From contig JAQGDQ010000954.1 of assembly GCA_030141605.1 (NCBI GenBank), positions 1-64,000 of the forward strand: 64,000 nt of DNA, in the 5' to 3' direction. Of this stretch, positions 24,821-38,100 are shown piece by piece. A program made the translations under genes and the position numbers. The notes beneath the pieces were generated by a model. That model was not told the DNA's origin, made no database searches, and saw only the letters and a program-made list of their open reading frames with translations. The stretch comes from Tubiluchus corallicola. Its lineage: Eukaryota > Animalia > Priapulida. Numbering within the stretch: position 1 is the first letter of the stretch; the number at the start of each line of letters is the position of its first letter.

Positions 24821-26880
24821 TATTAAAATTTTACCTCTCTCGCTATTTATTTTATTTGTGTTAATTTTCATGCAAATTTCATAACTATAAGGAATATTTT
24901 GCTAGTTTATTGCAAAGCCAAGCAAATTAACTCTTGGGGGCACTTTAAATGTAATAGCAAGGATGGCAAAACAATGACAATTATTGTGTGTGAACGTACC
25001 CTTAGACATTAGTTAGTTCTATGACCTGTCAAACATTTATAATTATAATTATTATACATTTACCATTTTTATAATTTATATTATCGTTTACAGGAAAGAC
25101 CACTGACGTCACTCAGTGGTGGAACCATAAAAAAGGGGAGGTTTAAAACGAAATGCTTGGTAAAGGTTAAACGGCTGCGCTAGGAAGATTTTTACTGGAG
25201 TTCATTTTGACGCCTTGAATTAGTTACAGTCAATCAAGTGGCGTCACCTTGTGAGGAAATCGATGAACTCTGTCACGTTGGTTTGTTACTGTCTTTGGCA
25301 GATATGACAGCATTTGATTTTCTAAAATATACAAGGAAAATGAATGATTAATTGTTGTACTTCAGCTCTCGCTCTCTCGCTCTGTCTCTCTCTCTCTCGC
25401 TGTGTCTCTCTTTCTCTCTCCTCTGTCTCACACACACTCCCACTCTCTCTCGCCTTTTCTCTCCCCCTCTGTCATAATAAATCAATGCGAATTTTTTTCA
25501 AATATCAGTTCGATCACAGTCCCAGGGACATTTCTGTGACGCATAAATTAGTGTACTTTGATGTTATTTACAGGAAAAGCATTTACAGCCTGAATACTAG
25601 AATTTCAAACAGTGAAAGCTTGTTATGTAGAACGATATTCGGTAGTGATACTTTATTTACTTCCAGTATATGAAAGATTTGGAGAAGGATATTGTATGCT
25701 TAATTTTTACATTGTTGATGTTCAATGAATCCAATGCGAAATGTTATTATTATTATTATTATTTGCACTGTTGTTTACTTTGTGTGCTTGTGTGTTTATT
25801 TACCTGTATTTTCGTTGTATATATTTTTAATGTTGTACTAATATGATGTGAATGAAAGTTTGAAATAAAGAAGTAAATTAAATAAATCAAGTCAAATCTC
25901 TCTCTCTCCCTCTCGCCCTCCCCCTCTCTGTACAGTACTGTGACGTTATCTATACTTGCAAAGTTGTAAATAAATGTAAAAATAACTATATAATTAATAA
26001 ATATTTATGTTTTTACTAAAAAACATCGACTTACTGTATCAATGAGTTAAGTTTTTTATTTTTAAAATCGTTTGTGTAATGATGTTCACCAACCCGTGAC
26101 TATACTTAAAATATCATTTTTATCATTTTCTTTTAAAATGTGTAAATTTAATGTTGTAAATTTAGTTTAAATACCAATTAATTATTTTATGTGTTAAACC
26201 GTATTTATATCGGTATATATTGTAATTTTTTTCGTAACTAATTCTAGTGGCCTAGCATAAGCTAGCTTCTTAGGTCTCTAGCGTAGAATTCATGAATTGT
26301 ATCATATTTTTGTATTAACAAAAACTGATTATCGGTGCACATGTAATGTAGTGTATATGTTTATTGCGAAATAAATCTATTAAATCTAAAATCTAATCTT
26401 AAATCTAAAACAGAAGCCCACGGTTTTAACATCAATGGTTCTGTAAAGTAAAACTGCTGTATCGAAGTGATGGAAATCGATTATCGTTTTATCGGGGGAA
26501 GATCGATTTTTTCCTTGACTTTCGAATCGATACAAAACAAAATCAATTTTTTAAATCTATTATCAGATCGATAAAATAAATGATTATCACCACAAAAATC
26601 GGTGAAATCGGAGCATCGATATCGATTTTGGCGATTTGTGTGCCCTACCAATAATAAACATTGAGAATAATAGTTTATATTATAGTGTTATTAACTTCAA
26701 TAGTTGATAGCATTAATTACATAAAATTATAGTACCAAAACTAATGTGTTAATAGCAAAATGTACCCCTTTTTCATGCGCAAAAATCCACAATACTTTCA
26801 TGAGCTCAAACCTTTCATTTACACACTCATAAGGTCACCATTTAAATATATAAACTAATTTAAAGACAACGTGTGTTTTA

Positions 26881-29158
26881 GAAATTAAAATCGTATCACA
26901 ATTTTTTTGTAAATTGCTTATCGAAATTAAAATCGTATCACAATTTTTTTGTAAATTGCTTATCGAAATCAAAATCGTATCACAATTTTGTAAATTGCTT
27001 ATCGAAATCAAAATCGTATCACAATTTTGTAAATTGCTTATCGAAATCAAAATCGTACCACAATTTTTTGTAAATTGCTTATCGAAATCAAAATCGTATC
27101 ACAATTTTGTAAATTGCTTATCGAAATCGAAATCGTACCACGATTTTTTGTAAATTGCTTATCGAAATCAAAATCGTACCACAATTTTTTGTAAATTGCT
27201 TATCGAAATCAAAATCCTATCGATTTTTTTGTAAATTGCTTATCGAAATCAAAATCGTATCACAATTTTGTAAATTGCTTATCGAAATCAAAATCGTACC
27301 ACAATTTTTTGTAAATTGCTTATCGAAATCAAAATCGTATCACAATTTTGTAAATTGCTTATCCAAATCGAAATCGTACCACGATTTTTCGTAAATTGCT
27401 TATCGAAATCAAAATCGTACCACAATTTTTTGTAAATTGCTTATCGAAATCAAAATCGTACCACAATTTTTTGTAAATTGCTTATCGAAATTAAAATCGT
27501 ATCACAATTTTGTAAATTGCTTATCGAAATCAAAATCGTATCACAATTTTGTAAATTGCTTATCGAAATCAAAATCGTATCACAATTTTGTAAATTGCTT
27601 ATCGAAATCAAAATCGTACCACAATTTTTTGTAAATTGCTTATCGAAATCAAAATCGTACCACAATTTTTTGTAAATTGCTTATCGAAATCAAAATCGTA
27701 TCACAATTTTGTAAATTGCTTATCGAAATCAAAATCGTACCACAATTTTTTGTAAATTGCTTATCGAAATCAAAATCGTACCACAATTTTTTGTAAATTG
27801 CTTATCGAAATCAAAATCGTACCACAATTTTTTGTAAATTGCTTATCGAAATCAAAATCGTATCACAATTTTGTAAATTGCTTATCGAAATCAAAATCGT
27901 ACCACAATTTTTTGTAAATTGCTTATCGAAATCAAAATCGTACTACAATTTTTTGTAAATTGCTTATCGAAATCAATATCGTATCACATTTTTTTGTAAA
28001 TTGCTTATCGAAATCAAAATCGTACCACAATTTTTTGTAAATTGCTTATCGAAATCAAAATCGTATCACAATTTTGTAAATTGCTTATGGAAATCAAAAT
28101 CCTATCGAATTTTTTGCAAATTGCTTATCGAAACCAAAATCGTATCACATTTTGTTGTAAATTGCTTATCGAAATCAAAATCGTATCACAATTTTGTAAA
28201 TTGCTTATCGAAATCAAAATCGTATCACAATTTTGTAAATTGCTTATCGAAATCAAAATCGCATCACAATTTTGTAAATTGCTTATCGAAATCAAAATCG
28301 TATCACAATTTTGTAAATTGCTTATCGAAATCAAAATCGTATCACAATTTTGTAAATTGCTTATCGAAATTAAAATCGCATCACAATTTTGTAAATTGCT
28401 TATCGAAATCAAAATCGTATCACAATTTTGTAAATTGCTTATCGAAATCAAAATCGTACCACAATTTTTTGTAAATTGCTTATCGAAATCAAAATCGTAT
28501 CACAATTTTGTAAATTGCTTATCGAAATCAAAATCGTATCACAATTTTGTAAATTGCTTATCGAAATCAAAATCGTACCACAATTTTGTAAATTGCTTAT
28601 CGAAATCAAAATCGTATCACAATTTTTTGTAAATTGCTTATCGAAATCAAAATCGTATCACAATTTTGTAAATTGCTTATCGAAATCAAAATCGTATCAC
28701 AATTTTGTAAATTGCTTATCGAAATCAAAATCGTATCACAATTTTGTAAATTGCTTATCGAAATTATTGCTTATCGAAATCAAAATCGTATCACAATTTT
28801 GTAAATTGCTTATCGAAATCAAAATCGTACCACAATTTTTTGTAAATTGCTTATCGAAATCAAAATCGCATCACAATTTTGTAAATTGCTTATCGAAATT
28901 AAAATCGCATCACAATTTTGTAAATTGCTTATCGAAAACGAAATCGTACCACGATTTTTTGTAAATTGCTTATCGAAATCAAAATCGTACCACAATTTTT
29001 TGTAAATTGCTTATCGAAATCAAAATCGCATCACAATTTTGTAAATTGCTTATCGAAATCAAAATCGTATCACAATTTTGTAAATTGCTTATCGAAATCA
29101 AAATCGTATCACAATTTTGTAAATTGCTTATCGAAATCAAAATCGCATCACAATTTTT
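26881..29158 (+). repeat. 39/41-bp satellite array, ~57 copies
   Basis: Unit TTGCTTATCGAAATCAAAATCGTA(T/C)CACAATTTT(TT)GTAAA. Confidence 0.97.
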
Positions 29159-29727
29159 CTCAAATATTTTCTTATAGATCAGCTGCTTATTCTCTCCAAC
29201 CTGGTCTTTTTGAACACTTTTACTGAGTATCCCAAACACTACACACTGACAAGTTTGGAGCAAAAAGTTCGTGTTTTTTTGTTTAAATTTGCGATGCAGC
29301 GAAACTATTATACTGCTGAAGACAAAATAACAGCGGGTATTTTTCCCCAAAATTTGTAGTGTAGTTGCATCTTTTTTTATTAAGTTTGTGATAATTAGTG
29401 AACTGCAGCAAGTGCTGTCAACAGCAGCTGAATCTTTCTTGAAAATTGTGGCATAGTAGTTACTTAGATGTACAAACAGTAAAATAGAAATATCGGCAGG
29501 GCAAATCTTTCATAGGTTGGTCGTAAAGATACTGCTTGATTCTGATTTTGCCTGATACTGTATTTAATATTAATAATTAGTACGTCTGCTGTAAAAGTCA
29601 AGACCAGAATTGCATTACCTAAACTTGCATTTTGTGTTTATCGATATTCAATGTTTTTTCTCATTAAGCTTCAACATATTTCAACGCTTATTACTATTAC
29701 TACACTGGTTTACTGGTATATTTCCAG

Positions 29728-30100
29728 AATTTACAAAAAATTGTGATACGATTTTGATTTCGATAAGCAATTTACAAAAAATTGTGATACGATTTTGATT
29801 TCGATAAGCAATTTACAAAAAATTGTGATACGATTTTGATTTCGACAAGCAATTTACAAAATTGTGGTACGATTTTGATTTCGATAAGCAATTTACAAAA
29901 TTGTGATACGATTTTAATTTCGATAAGCAATTTACAAAATTGTGATACGATTTTAATTTCGATAAGCAATTTACAAAAAACTGTGATACGATTTTAATTT
30001 CGATAAGCAATTTACAAAAAATTGTGATACGATTTTAATTTCGATAAGCAATTTACAAAATTGTGATACGATTTTAATTTCGATAAGCAATTTACAAAAT
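29728..30100 (-). repeat. Same 39/41-bp satellite, inverted, ~9 copies
   Basis: Reverse complement of the 26881-29158 unit. Confidence 0.97.
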
Positions 30101-30744
30101 GATGCCTGCAATTCTTTATTCAGTTTTGCAAATACGAAACTATGGAAATTTTATAAAAATCACAACATAAGATAGTGACTAATTTTGTAGTGTAAATCAC
30201 ATATAAAAAGTGATTTTGTTACTGAAAAGGAATTGTTGCTCACAGTGATAGAATAGGCATAAAATAATAAATTTCTGTTGAGTCTCGTTCCTGCTCCATA
30301 ATCAGTGGAACATCAAGAATTCGGGAATACGAGTAACTGGTGAGTAACTCTATACTATAGGCATTTAACAGAGACAGCCTTTTCAAAGCTGCATTGACAA
30401 TTGTGGCATATTTTCACACAACAGCTCCCACTGCAACAAATATAACTGACTGCTAATTTCAAGTATCGTCGATAAATTCAGACAACGAGTTGTCAATATT
30501 GTGTGTAAAACACGAAGAAATCGGTGGTATAAGATTACCATTTACATTCATGCCCAGAACGCTTTTGTAAAAATGAATAGTGCTTTTCCGGTCTGCAATC
30601 TTAAACACAAAATGTGAGGCTCGCCTTGGAACTTCCATTGAAATAAAGAAAATTTGCTGTTACACGCAAAACTTCTTCAATGACATATATAATAACAAAA
30701 GTCTAAATTAAAAAAAAAAAAAACTGGCAACACGAAATACGTGA

Positions 30745-31205
30745 TAATCATCATCATCCAATGAATCACACGTCCAGTGACATGATTCTGCTCACCTCCC
30801 TATGTTAGGACTCCCTATTCGCTGCAATGCCCCAAGTGGATTTATTTCTAAGGTTCAATGCTGAAGTGTTTAAATCTTTCTGTGCAAAATCTAAATATGT
30901 TAACATTTGTCCTCCTGCAGGTTTTTTAGCTGGTTCTATGGCTTGTTGAAGAGCTATCTTCACTGGAATATCATCAGGTAGTCTAAGCATATGCTCAATC
31001 CATCTTAAACGGCATCTTTTTATTTTTCTTGTCCAAGATTCTTCTTTTATTTTTTCATATAGATCTTTGTTTGAAATTTTCTTTGGCCATCTAATACCTA
31101 AAGTGTTTCTGTAATTTCGCCTTTGAAACGCATCGATTTCAGCTTTATGACTCGCTTTTAATGTCCAGAGCTCAGAGTTATACAGAAATACAGTTTCAAC
31201 TAAGG
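30745..31205 (-). mobile_element. 5'-truncated RTE-like LINE 3' remnant
   Basis: Minus strand translates ETVFLYNSELWTL...DAFQRR...LGIRWPKKISNKDLY...RLRWIEHMLRLPDD, typical non-LTR RT C-terminal region; short (GAT)n tail. Confidence 0.8.
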
Positions 31206-31562
31206 TAATGCAAATAAATTAACTTTAAGATTTAGATGTTCAAACCATTTCTTAATTTTTTTTTTCATTACAATGATGACGATGATGATAATAATAATGA
31301 TGATTTATGAATTGAATAATAATAATAATAATTCACCTTAGCAGCTACCCCCATCATTTTGGCTAATTTTGGAAACCATTGTGTAAAAAGCTCAAAACTG
31401 GGTCTCATCATACACCCAACCTCTAAAACACTTTTTGTGGCGCTTGCACATTAACTACAAAGACTTTAAATTAAACTTTAGATTAATGATTTGGTACGTT
31501 ATGTACACTACATACACATTACATAAGATAATAATAAGAAAAAAAGAAGAAGCAATAAAAAC

Positions 31563-31697
<135 letters not shown>

Positions 31698-31806
31698 TTT
31701 ATGATGCATGTGTATATAAAAATTAATTGTGAACGTCGGAAGCAAATGAGGCAAATAAAACATAACACTTTTGCGTCAAAGTTTCGGAATGTGAGTGGGT
31801 GTAAGT

Positions 31807-32219
31807 ATGGCAACTTACTGCTATTCGCGTGTTGTATATTCTTTCTTCCTAGATGCAAAACGTCAAAATTTGGTCCATTTTATTTCAAAACGTAGCTATG
31901 CCAGGTTTAGGTCACCGATTTTTCGACGCCGGCCCATTCGTGTGCTGAACCAAGAAGTTAAAAACACTGTTGAAGACCAAATTCATTTATTGGTCTCTAA
32001 CCCGGCTGAACTTCAAGTTAATAATGGTTCGTCGTATCGTGATGTTACTGAAATACAAAGCAATGAACGTTTGCCTAAATTAAGTGATAAGTTGAAAGCA
32101 AGAAAACAACCTTCCAGAGTCAAAGATGCAACAACAACTAGCGAGGACATTGAACCTCAAAAATTCAAGTGGAAGCCACCTAGTTACACAAAGCTTAAAG
32201 AGGACAGCAGGCAGTTCGG
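31807..32219 (+). CDS. MRM3: MRM3 exon 1 (mitochondrial presequence)
   Basis: MATYCYSR...FRRRPIRVL...DSRQFG|gtttgt, phase 2 joins exon 2. Confidence 0.8.
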
Positions 32220-35133
32220 GTTTGTATGATTTTAAGAAAAGTTGTACACGACTTTTTCACACTAAGTGCTGTTCTCTTGTGCAGTGTAAACTTGAATGTG
32301 AAGTTGTTTTTGGAAAGAGAAAATGGATGCCTGTCAGTGTGATGGACATGTATCTTAGACTACCTAGAATCACGGTGTTTTATAGGTTTTTATAGCAAGA
32401 ATATTTAGCACAGTTTAGTATTAAAATGCGTGATTATGTAAACTGCGATTTGTAAAGTCTTTTATAATTTCCCAATAATAGGATTCAATTCAATCAAAAT
32501 TTTATTTACCTCCAATACTATATTCATAAGACAATTACAACGAATTATGTAAAGTGTGTAGAAGTGGGGTGGCAAAAGACCAGGAGATCATCAAGTCAGC
32601 CACCCCTATATAACTTAAGAATGGTGTAAAGGACTGCAGAGTATATTGTTAGGCGCAAAATATGTAGTTAGGTCTTAGCGGAAAATATGTAGTTAGGTCT
32701 TAAATGTAGCAAATGAACAAAATGCAATGCAATTAAATCATGATTATAACAACGAAACAAGCAATTATTATTATTATAAGTCTTTATTTAAAATTTAAAA
32801 TTGAACGCATATACAAATATTTACATGAAATACATACAGGGACCCTCTATTTGCAGGGTATGGTTAAATAACTTTGTAAATAAAATAGCTGTTATATTTG
32901 TAAGACTTTTAAATACCAATAAATCAATATACCAATAAAAGATCAACTAAAATCAAATAGTACCAATTTACACAAAACGACCTGTATAATATAAAAGTGA
33001 CAGATATAATATAAAAGTTCAATATTTTATACTAAAGTTTGTAAAAACAAATCACAAACTAACTCAGAGAAAGCAACTAGCAGGTTTTTGTCTCGGGATG
33101 TCTCTTAAACTCAAAAAAGCAAGAAAGTAGTGCAGTTAAGATATAAATGTAACAAATGGACAAAAGCAGTCAATAATGCAGTTAAATCAATAATGTAGCA
33201 AATAGTCAGAAAAAGCAAGCTGTGCAGTTAACTTATGAATGTAGCTTTATAAATAAAAATCAAGCAAAAACTACAATTAAAAGTAAATGTAACAAATGAA
33301 CAAAAGCAAAAGAAGCAAATCACAAATACAGCGAATGAATGAAATTCAGTTAACTCATGAATGTAACAACGGAAAAAGCAAACAAGTAATGCTGTTAAGG
33401 CATAAATACAGCAAATAAATAAAAATCAAGCAAATGCTGTAGTTAAATTTATGAATGTACCTGATAAAACAAACAAACAAAAACTACATTTAAATTGAAA
33501 TGTTGCAAAGGAACAGACTAGACGCAAGTCATGAATCTAGGAATGAAAAATGCAGTTTAAATCAAGAATTTTTACAATGAAAAAAGCAAGCAAATGATGC
33601 TTGCTCTTGGTGCTCAAGAAACCGTAAAACACATTATATGCTTAAGCTTGAACATTTTTATGTGTGGCTGCCCTTGTTGCATTGATAGGCATAGGCAAAA
33701 TGTCAGGTTTTGGCTTTATGCTTAAAGAGAAATCTTGTCACTATCAAGTTTGCCAAATTTCATTGGATTTTGTATTTTTTACTTTTTCAGAGATGAAATG
33801 CTGCAGGCAAAGTCGAAAAAGAAACGCCAAACTTCCGGCAAAATCTTGCTAGAGGGACGAAGAATTATCAGTGATGCTTTGCGGGCTGGCGCTAAATTAC
33901 ACTCTCTTTATTTTACACAAGAACATTTGCTGAAGGATCTTCCATTGACAGAAAATCACTCTGAATCTTTATTCAAAATCACTTATAAGAAGATGTGCTT
34001 ATGGTCTGATGTAGAGACGCCATCTGGTATTATAGGTTGGTAAATTACATCCACGCGTTCCTCTATTAGGCTACTACAATTTTAGTTAATACAGTCAAGT
34101 TAGTTTAGAGCCAATAATAATAATGTTCTTATAAATGGTTGTTTATGAGGGACCATTTGTGTCTGTTCTGCATAGAAGAGTTACTCTGGTGCAGTAATTT
34201 ATTTCAAATTCGGGTGTTTTTTAGAAAAAATTTGTTTGTCTTTATCCGACCGTGTCGAAAAAGAAAAGTCGTGCTCAGGGATGCAAAAAATGTGCTGAAT
34301 TTGTCGCTTCACCCACAAAACAAATGGTCAAAACATTGAAAGGGTGTGGGCGCCAGAAGTTTTTTGCCCCCGGGCACCTCAAGCACTTGCTACGTCACTG
34401 ATTCAGATGTTATTGGTTTTACTGTGAGGGCAAGGAAAGCCAAGTGGTCATGATATGTGCTTCTCGATCGAAGTTGACCAATGCTGAATGTTTTTTAACT
34501 ATGTATGCTATGACTCATGGAATGAGTCATTTGACAACTGAGTTTAGTCTTGATAATGTTGCTAATATATACGAATTAATGAGTGTGGAAGATGATAAAA
34601 TGTTGTGTATATTTGCTTACTGTGCATTAAAAGCATACCGAGAGATATGAGATGCAATTTTGTTTGAATCACACGATAACTGCCTAATGGTTTGGCTCCA
34701 CTAGTTTTCTTGTTATTTGTATTTTTTCTTGTTGTATTTTTTATTTTTGGAACAAATGTTACTACTTGGAATGAGATGTATTTATGGGTTATTTGTTTTC
34801 CCCAGTCTTGTAACTTTTATGCACTTTTAATGTATGTACAGTTTGCAAATATTGATAAATAACTAATCGAATCGAATCTATATCTAATACCTACTCTGTG
34901 TGATTTCTGATACTGCATAATAGCTAATCTATTACTGGTTTTGAAATGTTTACTTTTTGCTTTTAAACTAGCATTTTTACTAGTGCTTTAAATCTGTATT
35001 TTAATTTTCAAGATTTACAATTAATTGTATATTATTGTAACGAGTGAACTGATGCAGTGTACTGCGCCTAAAAAATAAATTATTATTATTATCATTATTA
35101 TTATCGTTATCGTTATTATCATTATCATTATCG

Positions 35134-35164
<31 letters not shown>

Positions 35165-38100
35165 CATTATCATTATCATCATTATCATCATTATCATGAT
35201 CATCATTATCATCATTATCATGATTATCATTATCATCATTATCATGATTATCATTATCATCATTATCATGATTATTATTATTATTATTATCATTATCATC
35301 ATTATCATGATCATCATTATCATGATTATCATCATTATTATCATTATTATTATTATCATTATTATCATTATCATCATCATTATTATTATCATTATCATCA
35401 TTATTATTATTATCATCATTATCATTATTATTATTTCATTTGGTGCACTGATCCTGGCTGCTTACACCATTTGGGAAGGATGTATTTAGGTTGATTTTGA
35501 TTAATACTTCTGTCAGTTTTGTGTCTTAAAGAGAGTTAGCCTTGATAAAGAGCAAGTCGTAGACTCTTTTCATTCAGGGACTGTGTATTTAATTTTTCAT
35601 TTATCAGCCCAATGCTATCTTTCCTCAACAACGAGTCTGTCTTCTTTTCTAGGTATTTTTCACATGCCAGACTACAAGGACATGATTTTCTCTGACTACC
35701 AACAGATTCCATTGACTCTGATTTGTGATAACATACGTGATCCGGGTAACATGGGTACAATACTTCGTTCCGTGGCGGCGGTCGGATGCCACAATGTTGT
35801 CTTATTGAAAGGTATGCAAGATTTATCTTACTCAGCAGTATACAAGATTTGTGCTTTTGCCGTAATCAAGTTCTCCAAAGTAGGAGGATGCTTACATTGT
35901 TGTAGCAGTGATATTAGCTCTTAAACTATGCAGTCAGACTGCAGAGAAAATTTACTAAATAAGTAAGTTTTTTCTATGAAAGTTTCATTTTAAAGGCATA
36001 AACCACCCGTAGTTAAGGAGTTGGTAAGTCACAGCTTTAAATTCATTACTTAAAAACCATGTGTGAAAGTCATGTTTGAGGTTGTAGTTGAACACTTTGT
36101 AGAAAACGAATAAAACACTATACTACATATCTGCACAAAACTGAAAGCGTTTATTAGACTACATACACATATGTAGAATGACTGCTACACTGAACACCGA
36201 GAATAAGAGTGTCCTGCACTGATCACTGAGAGTTAGACAGTAAGTAACATGAGTATCATGACTTCTGCACTGCACTGAGAGTGAGACAGTGACTAGAAGT
36301 AGAATCCAGTCAGTATGTATAGGTATAGGTAATTATGCAAACTTGGCTTCACAAAAACCATTACTGTAAAATAGGGAGAGATCCAGTCAGTATGCATATT
36401 CAGTGGATCGTACAATTATACTAGGGGTGAGTTTAGCTAGTAAAATGTAAAGGGATTAGTTAATAGATGGCAGCACCTAAAATATACAGTTACAATTTCC
36501 GCACCATGTTTTTTTGTTCCCGGAACGTGACCGGGATCCATCAGTCACGAGACTGCGACAAGATGTTTTCCTTGTTTTGCTATAGTGCTAAAGATTCTGT
36601 AGAGAAACATCGTGTCGTAATTGATTTACACACAGTAATGTGAAATTCACAGTGTTGGAAAGGTTCAGCACTTGCTGTGGTGGTTTCGTTTGCCTCATTG
36701 CTTGTGGGTGTTCACCTCATTCAGGGGGGGGGTTGCTTTTGCTGGTCGGCTTTCTCACCTTGGATAACTAACCTTGATAGCAAGATAGTCCATGGCATAA
36801 ACTAGAGCTTCAGACACCCGGGACGGCACTTGAATTAAACAGATTTAATAAAAGCCTGATAGCATAAAAAAAGTGAAAAACAATGTATTTTATGTGCGCA
36901 TATTATCTTTTTATTTTGAATAAGTTTAGTAAATTAATGATGGAATGAAATCAAACTCCGTGGCATCAAATGTTATTTTAAAACTGCTCCATTTCGTAAC
37001 TTACAACAATACACACGTGACATGTTAGTACCGTAACAAGAATGAAGTCGATGCACAAGAAACTGTAAAATCGTTATGAAACTAAGTACTGTGATACTAT
37101 GTAAATGATATCAACGCAGTACAGTCTAGTCTCGTTATCTCGCCACTGTCCGTCTAGGGCAAATTTTTGGCGAGAGGCGAGTATGGCGAGGTAACGGGAA
37201 TATAACGAAGTTAGTCTAGATGTATATACATAATAGTTGATTAACATAGTGTTCTTCTATGTACATATAAAATATATTTCGCATTATGATACCTATCAAC
37301 ATTAAATCAGAAATGAAAAAATGTCATTAACCAACCACAGCACTCCTAATCTAATCCTGGTGAGACACACACTAGATTAATTATGTCTGTCGATCGAGTA
37401 CAGCAGCATTGTCTAGATACCGCGGTTATATTGATCGACACGCGGTATATGTATTGATCGATTCACCTCTGAGTTTGTCTGTTTGGTGACATAACGAATA
37501 TAGTTTACATAAGCACTCATCCTAGCATGACGTGGCGAGGGCGAGAAGCGAGGGTGGCGACTTAACGAGGTAAATATCAAAGCAGGAAATCCGTCCTGGT
37601 ACTTTCTATGGCGAGAGACGAGTTTGGCAGCATAACGAGGGGCGAGATAACGAGGCTAGACTGTATGTTAATTTATGAAATAAAAAAATCAACTGCTACA
37701 CTTTACTAGAATTCTACAAAATAATAAAACATGAAAAGAACTAATAAAAATTTGTTTACTAAGGGAGAGATGAATTCACCCTGCGCGTTTCATAAAGCAA
37801 AAACCTTGTTGCTTCGCAGTTCCTTCAAATTTAAGAAAACAGAGATTATATGAATGTGTTTTGCAGTGCATCAGTTAACATGAAACGTGTACAGTAACTT
37901 GAAAGCAGAGAATGAAATATCACATGGCTATTAAATGACTAATTGTTAATGATACGTTATCACGTTCGTTTGCTATCAACTGTCGGCAAGAAGTGCTACA
38001 AGCAGTGGTTTCGTGGAAAATATACAGGCGTTTGTTTTTCTACTGTGCCGACAGAATCAACTTTCTCAGTGCCGCCCTCTGAAAATAATCATCTGATAAT

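Noticed and set aside
26881-30100. CRISPR-like array (39-41 bp repeats)
   Set aside because: Units are directly adjacent with no unique spacers, no cas genes, eukaryotic context; it is a satellite. The same applies to the 44-, 55- and 87-bp arrays.
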